DNA of 64,000 nt. Source: Minisyncoccia bacterium. Lineage in GTDB: Bacteria; Patescibacteriota; Minisyncoccia; Phycocordibacterales; UBA9973. The stretch spans positions 409,319 to 473,318 of the forward strand of contig CBFHKH010000001.1 in NCBI GenBank assembly GCA_965656375.1, given 5' to 3'. Numbering within the stretch: position 1 is the first letter of the stretch; the number at the start of each line of letters is the position of its first letter. Made by a program: the position numbers and the translations under genes. Shown in pieces: positions 9,505-20,050 of the stretch. The notes beneath the pieces were generated by a model. The model had not been told where the DNA came from and made no database searches. It saw only the letters and a list, made by a program, of their open reading frames with translations.

Positions 9505-10344
9505 TTAAATATTCCAAACGCGTTTCGCGTTTGCGATCAGAGTTTGCGCAACTTCACTCTCGGGCAAGTCTTTAATGAAAGCTATTTTTTTAACTACTTC
9601 GGAGACATAGAGCGGTTCATTGCGTTTACCTCTGTGGGGTACTGGAGTTACATATGGGGCATCAGTCTCAGACATGATCATATCGATAGGTGTAGCACGA
9701 ATAACTTCATCATAACTTGATGCAAAGGTAATAACGCCTGTAAAAGAAAGCGTAAAACCAAAATCAACATATGCTTTTGCTATTTCTAGATCCCCTGCAA
9801 AAAAATGCACATCACCTTTTACTTTCGCGTGCTGCTTAAGTATATCTAATGCATCCGAATACGCATCGAATTCTTTATTATCTGGATTATTGCGGATATG
9901 AAGCATGATCGGCTTCCCTACTTCATTTGCAATCTCAATCTGCCCTATAAATGCCTTCTTCTGTCTCTCTATTGATTCTGTATCACACCTAAAATAATCG
10001 AGCCCGCATTCACCCACCCCGACAACTTTTGGGTCGCGAAGGAGCTCCAAATACTTTTCTCTATCAAATACTTCTCCGCGAGAAGTAAACTCAACTCCTC
10101 CTTCACCGAGCTCTTTTTCGTCATGAAACGACGCACCAGTATGAATCGGGTGAAGGCCAATAATGGCAAAGACTCCCTCCTTATATTGATGCGCTATTTC
10201 TACAGCTTTTCGTGATGTATCAATCTGCGTGCCAACATTGATGACCCATGTGTCGTTATCTAGAGCACGGCGAATAACTACATCTCGATCTTCGTCGAAT
10301 GCTTTAAAATTCACATGTGAATGGATATCTATATATTTAGGCAT
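9505..10344 (-). CDS. tatD: TatD-family metal-dependent DNase/hydrolase
   Basis: IDIHSHVNF...GLHP...GECGLDY...HFFAG...ETDAPY motifs. Confidence 0.85.
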   Translation of the reverse strand: MPKYIDIHSHVNFKAFDEDRDVVIRRALDNDTWVINVGTQIDTSRKAVEIAHQYKEGVFAIIGLHPIHTGASFHDEKELGEGGVEFTSRGEVFDREKYLELLRDPKVVGVGECGLDYFRCDTESIERQKKAFIGQIEIANEVGKPIMLHIRNNPDNKEFDAYSDALDILKQHAKVKGDVHFFAGDLEIAKAYVDFGFTLSFTGVITFASSYDEVIRATPIDMIMSETDAPYVTPVPHRGKRNEPLYVSEVVKKIAFIKDLPESEVAQTLIANAKRVWNI

Positions 10345-11787
10345 TTAATCTTTGCGTAAGAAAAGTGGAGCTTCAGGCTTTTTATTTTCTTTGATCAATT
10401 TCTTAAGAGTTACATTTGTTTCTGGAAGTATCGGATTAAGCATTCGAGCTATCTGGTACAAGCGAAGCACGAGATCTGTGATAAGTTCTTTTCCTTTACT
10501 TTCATCAACTTTTACAACCTTGAACGGTTCAGTCTCTTGGATAGTCTTATCGAGTTCTGCGATTTCATTCCATATATAGTCAGCTGCCTTTTTTATATCG
10601 TACGCTTCATACATTTCAAAATAGTCCGCAAAATCTGATTTCTCAGGAATTTCTGGACATCTATCTAAATACTTCTCAGAAAGAGTTAGAATTCGTGAAG
10701 CCAAGTTTCCTAAACCGTTTGCAAGGCCTGAATTGTAGGCTTCTTTGAAGCGCTCTAGTGTAAATGGTGAATCTTCGAACGAAGATACTTCTCTAAGAAG
10801 GAAGTAGCGAAGTGCATCGGTGCTATATTCTTCTACGATATCTTTTGGATCAACCACATTACCGAGAGTCTTCGACATCTTGATACCTCCATCAGCTGTG
10901 ATGAAACCGTTCACGACTATCTGGTGTGAATTGGGCACATCTGCAGCCATGAGCATTGCCTGCCACATCGCAGATTGAAAACGAGTATTGTCCTTACCAC
11001 AATATTGCGTTGGCGTTCCCTCTATCCAATATTTTTTGAAATCCCCACCTTCGTTGGGCCAGCCAAGCGTATTGATATAATTGGTAAGCGCATCAAACCA
11101 CACATACATAACATGGTCTCTATCATCTGGTACCTCTATTCCCCACGGCATTTTGGTCTTGAGTCGAGAAATTGAGAAATCTTGAAGACCTCTTTCAACA
11201 AATGCTTTTATTTCATTGAAACGAAAATCCGGAACAACGAACGTCGGATTCTCTTCGTAGAATTTTAGTAACCGCGAACCGAACTCGCTGTATTTGAAAA
11301 AGTAATTCTCTTCTTCTATGAGCTCAAGTTCAATCCCCGGATGATCTGGGCAGTGACCATCTTCATTGAGCTCTGAATCAGTTTTCTCACTCTCACAACC
11401 GACACAGTATTTAGTTTGGTATGCCTTTTTATAGATGTATCCATTATCTCGAACTCGGACCCAAAATTCTCGGGCAGACTCTTCGTGGCGCACATCTGTC
11501 GTACGAATAAAGTGAATATCATCAGTGATACCAAATATTTTAATACTCTCCTTGAATGTCTCAAATCCCTGATCAACAAAAGCTTGCGTATCAATGCCTT
11601 TCTCTTTTGCCTTTTCATAAATCTTCATTCCATGTTCATCAGTACCAGTATTAAAAAATACATCATACCCAGCAAGCTTCTTGTATCGTGCGATCGCATC
11701 AGCACGAACAAATTCAAGCGCATGCCCCATATGAAGTGGCGCATTTACGTATGGAAGAGTAGTAGTAAGATAAAAGGTCTTCTGCAT
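10345..11787 (-). CDS. metG: Methionyl-tRNA synthetase (short form)
   Basis: HMGH (HIGH) and KMSKT (KMSKS) class-I motifs. The start is chosen at MQKTFY (ATG at 11785-11787) rather than the upstream in-frame extension. Confidence 0.9.
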   Translation of the reverse strand: MQKTFYLTTTLPYVNAPLHMGHALEFVRADAIARYKKLAGYDVFFNTGTDEHGMKIYEKAKEKGIDTQAFVDQGFETFKESIKIFGITDDIHFIRTTDVRHEESAREFWVRVRDNGYIYKKAYQTKYCVGCESEKTDSELNEDGHCPDHPGIELELIEEENYFFKYSEFGSRLLKFYEENPTFVVPDFRFNEIKAFVERGLQDFSISRLKTKMPWGIEVPDDRDHVMYVWFDALTNYINTLGWPNEGGDFKKYWIEGTPTQYCGKDNTRFQSAMWQAMLMAADVPNSHQIVVNGFITADGGIKMSKTLGNVVDPKDIVEEYSTDALRYFLLREVSSFEDSPFTLERFKEAYNSGLANGLGNLASRILTLSEKYLDRCPEIPEKSDFADYFEMYEAYDIKKAADYIWNEIAELDKTIQETEPFKVVKVDESKGKELITDLVLRLYQIARMLNPILPETNVTLKKLIKENKKPEAPLFLRKD

Positions 11788-11788
11788 A

Positions 11789-12856
11789 TTAGTTTGTACG
11801 TGCAACAATTTTCTTCTTTTCAAGGTCATCGAGAAATTCGAGCAATGCAACTGCACAAGGGATCGCAAGTATTACTCCCCAGAATCCAGCAAGTGTAGCA
11901 CCGATGAGGATCGAAATAATCACAACGAGCGGAGAAATACCTGTTGCTTTCTTTACGATAAGCGGATAGATAAGGTATGTCTCGAATTGTCCGAGGACAA
12001 GGTACATAAGTGCTGTAATCGCAGATACGGTAACTCCACCATCAATATAGGCAAAAATGATTCCAGGAATTGCAGCGAGAATCAGGCCAAATGGAACAAG
12101 CTCGGCAATCACAACCAAGAGTGCAAGCACAAGTGAATATTTCACCCCGATAATTGTAAGCCCGAGGTATGTGAGCATTCCGACAATTACACCCATGAGC
12201 ATTTGCCCCTGCATCCACAAACCGATCTTGTGCTCAGTACGAAGCCAGAGTCCGATAATGTACTCTTCGTGAGCAGCCGGAGTGATGATGCGCAAAAAGC
12301 TCTGAATACCATGTTCGGTGATAGACAAATAGAACGAGACGATCATAATCAAAAGAAGATTCAGCACTCCACCAAACGCCGCACCGAAAATATTAAAGAA
12401 TCCTCCGGAAAGACTAGTTACCAAGTTCTGTGTACTTTTAATAACATCGGCAATTGATGCATTATGTGAGATCGTAGATACTACACCTTGTGCTCCTGAA
12501 ATAGTCGTCGGTTGAAATGTATTTAGAATACTCGTATCGGGAATATACTTGCCAAGTTGTGCGACAAGAGTCGACATTTCCTGGATAAAGACCGGGACAA
12601 AGACAGAAAGCAATCCTACAATGATGGCAAACGTGCAGAAATAAATCAGAAACACAGCAAGAGTACGATTTTTGATATACCGCTTCATTTTTTTGACCGC
12701 GAATCCTATAAAAGAAGCAACGACAATGGAAGTAAGTATAATGAGAATGATATTTGTGAGCTTCACTAGAGCCATAAATACCACTCCAAAGAGAATGACT
12801 CGTATGATAGATCCGTTCGAGATAGAAACAGTCTGGTTCTTAATATTTTGTTCCAT
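11789..12856 (-). CDS. AI-2E family transporter (PerM/UPF0118)
   Basis: About 8 TM helices and family-typical length; its stop abuts the metG start. Confidence 0.75.
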   Translation of the reverse strand: MEQNIKNQTVSISNGSIIRVILFGVVFMALVKLTNIILIILTSIVVASFIGFAVKKMKRYIKNRTLAVFLIYFCTFAIIVGLLSVFVPVFIQEMSTLVAQLGKYIPDTSILNTFQPTTISGAQGVVSTISHNASIADVIKSTQNLVTSLSGGFFNIFGAAFGGVLNLLLIMIVSFYLSITEHGIQSFLRIITPAAHEEYIIGLWLRTEHKIGLWMQGQMLMGVIVGMLTYLGLTIIGVKYSLVLALLVVIAELVPFGLILAAIPGIIFAYIDGGVTVSAITALMYLVLGQFETYLIYPLIVKKATGISPLVVIISILIGATLAGFWGVILAIPCAVALLEFLDDLEKKKIVARTN

Positions 12857-12889
12857 AGGGGTATTTTAGCACATTCCGATAACCTCTAC

Positions 12890-14161
12890 CTAGAACTTCA
12901 AGATCTTCTCAAATGGCTTCTTGTCTTCAAATGGACCTATGAGAGCGAGGTTTAGATGCTTTGTTTTGAATATGTGTTTTGCCATTTTTCGTATATCGTG
13001 TGCGGTAACCTTCTGTATCCCTTTTATTTTCTCATCGAGCGTTTTTAGCTCACCTTTCATAAGTTCCTGCATACCATAAAAGTTTGCGATATCGTCTGTC
13101 GCTTCGAGTGAAAGTTTGGTATTACCAATGATGAAAGATTTGACCTTTTCGAGTTCTTGCTCGCTTACTTCTTCATGTACGAGTTTGTTGCACTCTTTGA
13201 GAATTTCCTCGATGACTTCAATAGTTCGTGTATTACTTACTCCAGCTGATATCTGAAATGCACCATGATCAAGTGATGCATCGTTATGTGCGCGTACATA
13301 GTATGCAACACCAAGCTCCTCGCGAAGCTTGATGAAAAGCCGTGAACTCATTCCTGCACCAAGGAGGGCGGAGAGGACTGAAAGGATAACATTCCTCTTG
13401 TCAGAAAGCGGAAATGATCTCGTTCCAAGTACAAAATGAGTTTGATCAGTGACTTTGTGACTTAGCAGTATGCTCGGTTTTGTCTGTGTGTCTTTTGTCT
13501 TTACCTTTCCCACTTTCTTCCCAGTATGAACGGAAGCAAAATGCTTTGACACTTCTTTCTCTACATCACTTGCTGTAATACTACCAGCCACGATGATGAC
13601 CGTACTTTCTGCCACATAATGAGACGCTTTATATTTTACAAGATCGTCGCGAGCCATGCCTTTAACTCGTTCTCTCGTACCAGCGATATTGCGTCCTGCG
13701 GGCTGATCACCGTAGAGAACTTCTTGGAAAAGATCTTGTACATGACTCTGAGGCATATCTTCGTACATATTGATCTCCTCGACAATAACGCCTTTTTCTT
13801 TTTCCATTTCTTTCTCCGGAAATGTAGAGTTTAAATAAATATCAGAAATGATTTCGAAAATCTGTCTAAAACTCTTAGAATCGCTTTTTGCATAGTAGCC
13901 TGTCACCTCGTGCCCCGTAAATGCATTGTATTGACAGCCAAGCGCATCGAGTTCATGCGAAATCGCTTGGGCAGAGGGACGCTTAACAGTACCCTTGAAG
14001 CACATATGCTCAAGAAAATGCGAGATCCCATTTACTTCCTTTGCTTCATAGTTACTCCCCGTCCCTACGAGGACGAGTACAGTAACTGTCGGATTATCCT
14101 TCATTGGTATTGTCACTATCCGCAAGCCATTTTTTAATTTCTTTTTTTTAGGTTTTTGCAT
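12890..14161 (-). CDS. M16-family (insulinase/pitrilysin-like) zinc peptidase
   Basis: Inverted zinc motif HFLEH (HxxEH) near the N-terminus. Confidence 0.8.
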   Translation of the reverse strand: MQKPKKKKLKNGLRIVTIPMKDNPTVTVLVLVGTGSNYEAKEVNGISHFLEHMCFKGTVKRPSAQAISHELDALGCQYNAFTGHEVTGYYAKSDSKSFRQIFEIISDIYLNSTFPEKEMEKEKGVIVEEINMYEDMPQSHVQDLFQEVLYGDQPAGRNIAGTRERVKGMARDDLVKYKASHYVAESTVIIVAGSITASDVEKEVSKHFASVHTGKKVGKVKTKDTQTKPSILLSHKVTDQTHFVLGTRSFPLSDKRNVILSVLSALLGAGMSSRLFIKLREELGVAYYVRAHNDASLDHGAFQISAGVSNTRTIEVIEEILKECNKLVHEEVSEQELEKVKSFIIGNTKLSLEATDDIANFYGMQELMKGELKTLDEKIKGIQKVTAHDIRKMAKHIFKTKHLNLALIGPFEDKKPFEKILKF

Positions 14162-14164
14162 ATA

Positions 14165-14623
14165 TTACTTTATATCATATCGTATGAGTTTTTCACCTGT
14201 ATTACCAAGATGTATCTCACCTGTAAATGTTTCCCTTTTTACCACCTTCGGAAGCCAGATTTTGTCACTTGTCCACATCTTCTCATATGGTAGTTTGGAA
14301 ACTTCGAACCATGCCGGGATCATCTCTTCAGTTTCCACAGGTTCACCTAGAAATTTATCAATTCGGTATACGATAACCCGTTGATTCCACTCTTCTTTAT
14401 CGTCAAAGAAAAAATCAATATACCCGAGTTCAGTACATTCGTCTTTATTTGCTATTACACTGCACTCCTCTCTTACTTCACGTATAACTGCATCAAGCGG
14501 CGATTCATCTTCTTCAAGTTTTCCACCGTATCCATTCCACTTTCCTACTCCAAAACTTCTTCTCTTCATACCAAGCAGCATTTTGTCTCCTCTGAATAAA
14601 TATGCGAGAGTGGTGATTTTCAT
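14165..14623 (-). CDS. NUDIX hydrolase (MutT-like)
   Basis: Nudix box GKWNGYGGKLEEDESPLDAVIREVREECSV. Confidence 0.8.
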   Translation of the reverse strand: MKITTLAYLFRGDKMLLGMKRRSFGVGKWNGYGGKLEEDESPLDAVIREVREECSVIANKDECTELGYIDFFFDDKEEWNQRVIVYRIDKFLGEPVETEEMIPAWFEVSKLPYEKMWTSDKIWLPKVVKRETFTGEIHLGNTGEKLIRYDIK

Positions 14624-14677
14624 ATTACTATCAGTAATTATTTACTTAAAGAAATAATCTATTCTATGCATGAAAAA

Positions 14678-15622
14678 TTACAAATCTTTTGTTAGCTTCT
14701 CGTATTGTAAACGTTCCCTTTCATTTAATAATTTCTTAGCAATACTATCCTTTGTCATTTTATTATCAGCGTTAAAAAACTCTAGAGCAAATTCTGTTTC
14801 TTGTACTTCATTGTACTTAGGCTTAACAGCTGATCCTAATGCGGCTAAGAAACGCAAAGATCCTCTTCCAAAAACTTTATCAACATCTCTTAGATGCATC
14901 ATATCTCCTGTGAGCATTCCTTTCTCAAATCTTTTTTCTGTTTCTTCTATCTTTTCCTTTCGGTATTCAGATATCTTAATTAGTAATAAATCTAAAACTT
15001 TAAGATAGGGATAAGTAATAAATCTATTATTTTTTAACTCCTCTTCAGTAATATTTAAATCTTTAATGATTGCTTCATTAGATTTTATAATTGAGAGAAA
15101 AGTTTTTGCTGTTACTGCTTCATTAAGAGCATTAAAATGTTCATGACTAAGATCATCCTCAATACTTTCTACACCATACCCAAGGCGGTAATGGTTAACT
15201 CTCTTATCCTCACTGAGAGAGACTGCTGTATATGAAATCGCATGGGTCATTTCTTCTAGAAGAATAAAATACTCTTGTAATCGTTTACCAATTAATCTGC
15301 TTATGACTATGGTATGAGTATCTGGAGAATACCTTCCAATCGTACTCCCATCTTCTGGTTGAGGTAAAATATGGATGTTTTCTAAGAGAATATCTGGCTT
15401 TGCGACTCCATGAACTTTACATTTTTCTTCGAGTATTTGATTAATTTTTTTAATTATATACTTCTCTTCTTCAGTTTTTTCTAATTCACCTGGCAATCTT
15501 TCCATCCCTTCATGAAGTTTATCTTGCATATACATCCCAAGACCTTCTAGGCTTTTTGGATCTTCCTCAGCATCCTTCACACCCTTACCTACTATTTTTC
15601 CTGGCTTCCAAATATTTTCCAT
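14678..15622 (-). CDS. Hypothetical protein (314 aa), AT-rich gene
   Basis: Long ORF with no recognisable domain. Local AT content is higher than in the neighbouring genes. Confidence 0.5.
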   Translation of the reverse strand: MENIWKPGKIVGKGVKDAEEDPKSLEGLGMYMQDKLHEGMERLPGELEKTEEEKYIIKKINQILEEKCKVHGVAKPDILLENIHILPQPEDGSTIGRYSPDTHTIVISRLIGKRLQEYFILLEEMTHAISYTAVSLSEDKRVNHYRLGYGVESIEDDLSHEHFNALNEAVTAKTFLSIIKSNEAIIKDLNITEEELKNNRFITYPYLKVLDLLLIKISEYRKEKIEETEKRFEKGMLTGDMMHLRDVDKVFGRGSLRFLAALGSAVKPKYNEVQETEFALEFFNADNKMTKDSIAKKLLNERERLQYEKLTKDL

Positions 15623-15623
15623 A

Positions 15624-16943
15624 CTAACTTAATTTATCTTTTATGTATTCAACAAGCTCAGATATTGCGACACGCTCCTGGGAACCAGTATCGCGATCTC
15701 GAATTGTTACTGTGTCTTTACGTTCAGGATTCTCCTGACCGAGGGTATCAAAATCGATAACGATGCAAAATGGTGTACCGATTTCATCTTGCCTGCGATA
15801 CCGTTTACCGATATTGCCATTGTCATCCCACATAACACGACCAAATTCTGCTTTGAGCATTCCGTAAACGATATGTGCTTCTTTTACGAGTTCAGGTTTA
15901 TTTTTAAGGAGTGGAGAAACAGCACAAATAACCGGAGCAACATTCGGCTTGAGAGCTAGATAGCTTCGAGTCTCGTCATTCTGTTCATCCTCTTTATACG
16001 CAGAGACAAGAAGTGCCAGAACCATGCGATCCACGCCCATCGAAGGCTCGATAACATGCGGTACGATTTTTTCTTTCATTTCTTCATCAATGTAGTCGAG
16101 TTTGTGATTATCAAGATCAAATGATCCGCGATATGCCAAGCCAAACAATTCCTTCTGGCCAAACGGGTAATCAAACTCAACATCGATCGTGCGCTTTGAA
16201 TAGTGCGCTCGATCGCCGTCCCCCACTTCTATATCGTGTATACGAGACATATCGAGTCCGAGCTCCTCGATAAACTCAGTGACAACATCTTTCCAATACA
16301 CAAAATGCTTCTCCCAGTCTTCCGGTCGAATGAAGTATTCGATTTCCATTTGCTCGAATTCACGAACTCGGAAAACAAAATCACGAGGCGTGATCTCATT
16401 TCGGAATGCTTTACCAATCTGAGCGATACCAAACGGAAGCTTTGGATGAAATGAATCGACGACATTCTTGAAATTCACAAATACTCCTTGAGCAGTCTCT
16501 GGTCGCAGATATACAGTTGCAGATGAATCCTCGACTGCTCCGATCTGTGTTTTAAACATCATATTAAACTGTCGTGACTCGCCGAGCGTACCCTCACAAT
16601 CAGGGCATTTTGTAGCGTCAATAAGCTGATCAGCACGAAACCTATGGTGACATTTTGTACATTCCACAAGCGGATCAGAGAATCCAGCTACGTGACCAGA
16701 TGCCTCCCATACTTTTGAACTCATCAAAATCGCAGCATCAACTTCATACATATCCGTACGAGAAGAAACAAATTTCTTGCGCCAGAGATCCTTGATATTG
16801 TTCTTAAGCAGTACGCCAAGCGGACCGTAATCCCACGTACCAGCGAGTCCGCCGTAGATTTCCGAACCTTGATAGACAAAACCGCGACGCTTCGCAAGCG
16901 AGGTAATCTTTTCCATTAAATTTTCATTTTGATTTTCTTGCAT
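15624..16943 (-). CDS. glyQS: Glycyl-tRNA synthetase, alpha2 dimeric type
   Basis: Class-II GlyRS N-terminus RRGFVYQGSEIYGGLAGTWDYGPLG plus an anticodon-binding C-terminus. Confidence 0.9.
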   Translation of the reverse strand: MQENQNENLMEKITSLAKRRGFVYQGSEIYGGLAGTWDYGPLGVLLKNNIKDLWRKKFVSSRTDMYEVDAAILMSSKVWEASGHVAGFSDPLVECTKCHHRFRADQLIDATKCPDCEGTLGESRQFNMMFKTQIGAVEDSSATVYLRPETAQGVFVNFKNVVDSFHPKLPFGIAQIGKAFRNEITPRDFVFRVREFEQMEIEYFIRPEDWEKHFVYWKDVVTEFIEELGLDMSRIHDIEVGDGDRAHYSKRTIDVEFDYPFGQKELFGLAYRGSFDLDNHKLDYIDEEMKEKIVPHVIEPSMGVDRMVLALLVSAYKEDEQNDETRSYLALKPNVAPVICAVSPLLKNKPELVKEAHIVYGMLKAEFGRVMWDDNGNIGKRYRRQDEIGTPFCIVIDFDTLGQENPERKDTVTIRDRDTGSQERVAISELVEYIKDKLS

Positions 16944-16947
16944 TGTA

Positions 16948-18855
16948 TTATTCTACCACGCGTTCGTTGCCAGGCTCAAAGCTTGCGTCACTGATAAGCT
17001 GTGTAGTGATCGGTCCGCGAGAATTCTTGATCACAGTACCAGTGAATGAATCCGTACCAGTCAGATACACATTCTTCATGAGTTGCGGTACCGACCCTAT
17101 CTGCGAGAGAGATGGTTTGAGCGCAATGATGAAGGAAACCTCGCGATTCGTATTTACACCGGTGTTGGGCATAACAGTACCGATATTCCAGATTACTTCA
17201 CGTGTCGTAGCATTGTAAGAAACTTTTTCAATCGATCCTGATTCAAGCTGTGTTCCTACCCACGATACGTATATCGGAAGTGCGGAACGTGCTTCAGCTT
17301 TATTTACTGTATTAGCAGAGTTTGCAAGCGTCCATGTTACCTTGTATCTCGTTTCAGTTTCTGCTTTTGGTGGAAGTGCACCGGATGAATAGCTTGCCGA
17401 TGAGGCAATCTGAAGATCAGAGACAATCTTTACGACTTTCTTTGCAAAGTTATTTACATCACTAAATGTCGATCCGATAGAAGGCTGGCTTCCTTTAATG
17501 CTGACATCGAGAACAACTTCAGGATCCTTGAGCGTATAGATCGATCCGACAAGAGAAACTGGTTTGAAGCTAAAGCTCACCGTACCACTTTGTCCCGGTT
17601 CAACACTTGCAAAGTCAGAAACGGTGTTTTTATCCCAGACGATTCTGCTGTTTGTGGAATCGTAGAATCCTTCGAGCGGATTAACCTCGCTTCGATTGAA
17701 TGCATTCCCGGAAAGATTGGCAATTATTTGCACATCAGCGATTCGAGTCGAGAGATTATTGACCCATGTGATTTGTGCGTTTACGGTCTCGCCTCCCGAA
17801 GCAGTATAGGTAGACAGATCTTGCCCGTTCACCAAGACTTTCGCTTCGAGGAATGGCTTTGTAATTGTCATAGTTTGAAGGAGCGACGTATATACAACCT
17901 TCACTGTCGAAGCATCAGTCGGATTTGTGGTTCCAGCATACACATGAAATACTTGCTCATCTCCATCCTGGCCAATGAGACGACCTTCTACCTTTATCGT
18001 TACTGGTGTTGTTTGCGTTAGACCTTCGAGACTCCAGACAGATTGCCCAACAGATGGAGCTGGAGTCGCAGTATCAAATACGAAATTAGTCGGGTACACA
18101 ATCTGAAGCATTGTCTTATCTTGTGTTGGAAGCGTGGTATTGAGTGATGCAGTAACAGTAAATGATACGAGCTGATTGGCAGTGGCTTCTGTTGGAGCAT
18201 CAATGCGTAGCGAGAGAGGGGCTGAACTTATCGTAACTGGATATTCTTTTGATTTCGTGAAGATGGCATTTGATCCTTCAGGATGGTATTCGAGACTGAT
18301 CTTTACATTGCGAACAAGCTTCTCGTCCCCAAAGAGTGTGACTTTTACATTGCGAGTGATACTCTGCCCTTTTTGGATAGTACCGATAGCTTCGCGAGGA
18401 AGACGAATAACTTCATTCGGATTGTCATTTGCACCGCGTGGATATTCGATCAGAAGATCAGCAAGCTCGAGGCTCGCGTTGTTACGGTTTGTGATCTCGA
18501 TCTGAAGCGGAAGCTCTTCACCCCCCTTTGCAAATGCGTTGCCTAAGACAGTGATGTCGATATTGTCATTCGACACTGATACACCGCCCGTACTATACAT
18601 ATACACTGCGAATCCTACTGCACACACAAAAAAGACAACCGCTCCTATGAAGAATTTCTTTAGAAGTGATGTTCGTGGCTTTTTTACTGTCGTCATGGAT
18701 GATGTTACATCTGGCTTGGATTCACTTTTCCATTCTTTTTCTACTTTGAAATTCTGAGGGTGAAGCACTCCAGTACTGCGATGGTCAGCAGTGGTATCTT
18801 TTGGATCATAGAGACGGCGTTTTATCTCTTCGATCCTGTTATGTTCATTCTCTGC
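16948..18855 (-). CDS. Membrane-anchored surface protein with Ig-like/CARDB-like beta repeats (hypothetical)
   Basis: N-terminal cytoplasmic segment, one TM helix (FFIGAVVFFVCAVGFAVYMY), then about 550 aa of beta-rich repeats. Start chosen at MAENEH. Confidence 0.6.
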   Translation of the reverse strand, partial: AENEHNRIEEIKRRLYDPKDTTADHRSTGVLHPQNFKVEKEWKSESKPDVTSSMTTVKKPRTSLLKKFFIGAVVFFVCAVGFAVYMYSTGGVSVSNDNIDITVLGNAFAKGGEELPLQIEITNRNNASLELADLLIEYPRGANDNPNEVIRLPREAIGTIQKGQSITRNVKVTLFGDEKLVRNVKISLEYHPEGSNAIFTKSKEYPVTISSAPLSLRIDAPTEATANQLVSFTVTASLNTTLPTQDKTMLQIVYPTNFVFDTATPAPSVGQSVWSLEGLTQTTPVTIKVEGRLIGQDGDEQVFHVYAGTTNPTDASTVKVVYTSLLQTMTITKPFLEAKVLVNGQDLSTYTASGGETVNAQITWVNNLSTRIADVQIIANLSGNAFNRSEVNPLEGFYDSTNSRIVWDKNTVSDFASVEPGQSGTVSFSFKPVSLVGSIYTLKDPEVVLDVSIKGSQPSIGSTFSDVNNFAKKVVKIVSDLQIASSASYSSGALPPKAETETRYKVTWTLANSANTVNKAEARSALPIYVSWVGTQLESGSIEKVSYNATTREVIWNIGTVMPNTGVNTNREVSFIIALKPSLSQIGSVPQLMKNVYLTGTDSFTGTVIKNSRGPITTQLISDASFEPGNERVVE

Positions 18856-18884
18856 CATATAAGAAGTATTATAGCACAAGAATA

Positions 18885-19469
18885 TTAAAGTTGGCTTTCG
18901 TTTAGGGCTTTGTTTATATGGGCGATTATGGATTGGCGTTCGCGAAGAAGCGATTCTATTCCTACACTCGCAAAGTCAGATTCCAAGTATTCTTTCAGAA
19001 TATCAGAGTCACCTATATACCCGAGTGTGTTCATAATCCGAAGGACGAGATGAAGCTCGAGCGCTGTACGAGTTTCGGGTGCGGTAGCAGTGTCATCGAG
19101 GATAGTGAGAGCCTGTATAAAGTCGTGGAATATGCTTTCATGCGCTTCCTCTCCATCGCAAAGGCGTTCGAGCAATTTACTAATACGAGCAATGAGAAGA
19201 AGTGAATCTCTATTAGAACGGGCATATGGAAAAGAGCTGATTGTAGTTGCCGAAGTTATTCGCCAAATGTCGCGACCGCGAACAAGATCGATTCGTGCAT
19301 ATGAAAAATCCTGTAATGCAAAGCGAAGCTTTGACTTATTAAGTCGTACTCCTTGCGCAACTGCGCGGACAAGTCCCATCTCTTTTGTATAGATAGTAAA
19401 AAGCTTGTTCGCTTCACCTCTCGGCCGCGAACTCGTAATAAACCCATGTGTGTGGTAAATATGGTGCAT
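18885..19469 (-). CDS. recO: DNA repair protein RecO (short, no zinc-finger)
   Basis: N-terminal OB-fold pattern GFI..SRP.GE..KLFTI.T.E.G.VRAVAQGVR..KS.L and a C-terminal helical domain. No CxxC motifs. Confidence 0.65.
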   Translation of the reverse strand: MHHIYHTHGFITSSRPRGEANKLFTIYTKEMGLVRAVAQGVRLNKSKLRFALQDFSYARIDLVRGRDIWRITSATTISSFPYARSNRDSLLLIARISKLLERLCDGEEAHESIFHDFIQALTILDDTATAPETRTALELHLVLRIMNTLGYIGDSDILKEYLESDFASVGIESLLRERQSIIAHINKALNESQL

Positions 19470-20050
19470 TATTTTTCCATCATTCTTAGTAATGTATCTA
19501 ACGCTTCAGGTAATTTATACCATCCACTTTCATCATTTAAATGACCTCCACCATGAATAACTATAAGTGGACATGAGAGGAGTTCACTTACTTCTTTCGC
19601 TTGTGCCAAAGGAACAAGTCCATCATTATCTGCATGTATAAGAGCGATCGCATTAGAAACTTTTTTCACATGGGAAAAATCAAATGGTCGATTAAAAAAA
19701 TTTCGCAATATAAACCATTTTGCTAAACCTGCGACATTCTTTATTGCGATCTTTTTAGGGGAAGATACGAGAACAATACCACCAATTTTTGAAGAGAGTG
19801 GAAGTGATTCAAGATAGCGCAGAACTGCTGGTCCTCCTAAACTATGTCCAATGAGAAAAGTATCTGGAGTGGGTTCACCGACCGCATTCTTGATAGTTTT
19901 TACCCATTCTTTTTCTTTTGGAAAGTTAGAGTTTGGCATAGAGAGGAGTTCTACTGCTACCCCACTCTTTTCGAGTTCAGTTTTTAACCACGGCCTCCAT
20001 CCCCCTTCAGGCATTCCCTGAAACCCGTGTATCATAATTACCTTTTTCAT
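19469..20050 (-). CDS. Alpha/beta hydrolase, RBBP9/YdeN family serine hydrolase
   Basis: IMIHGF...GHSLGG nucleophile elbow and a C-terminal D...HGGGH triad. Start chosen at MKKVIMIHG. Confidence 0.7.
   Translation of the reverse strand: MKKVIMIHGFQGMPEGGWRPWLKTELEKSGVAVELLSMPNSNFPKEKEWVKTIKNAVGEPTPDTFLIGHSLGGPAVLRYLESLPLSSKIGGIVLVSSPKKIAIKNVAGLAKWFILRNFFNRPFDFSHVKKVSNAIALIHADNDGLVPLAQAKEVSELLSCPLIVIHGGGHLNDESGWYKLPEALDTLLRMMEK

Noticed and set aside
11788-11868. Upstream extension of the metG ORF (MRSLVQLHCSNFSMTLKRRKLLHVQTN)
   Set aside because: It overlaps the AI-2E transporter gene end. MetRS homology starts at MQKTFYLTTT.
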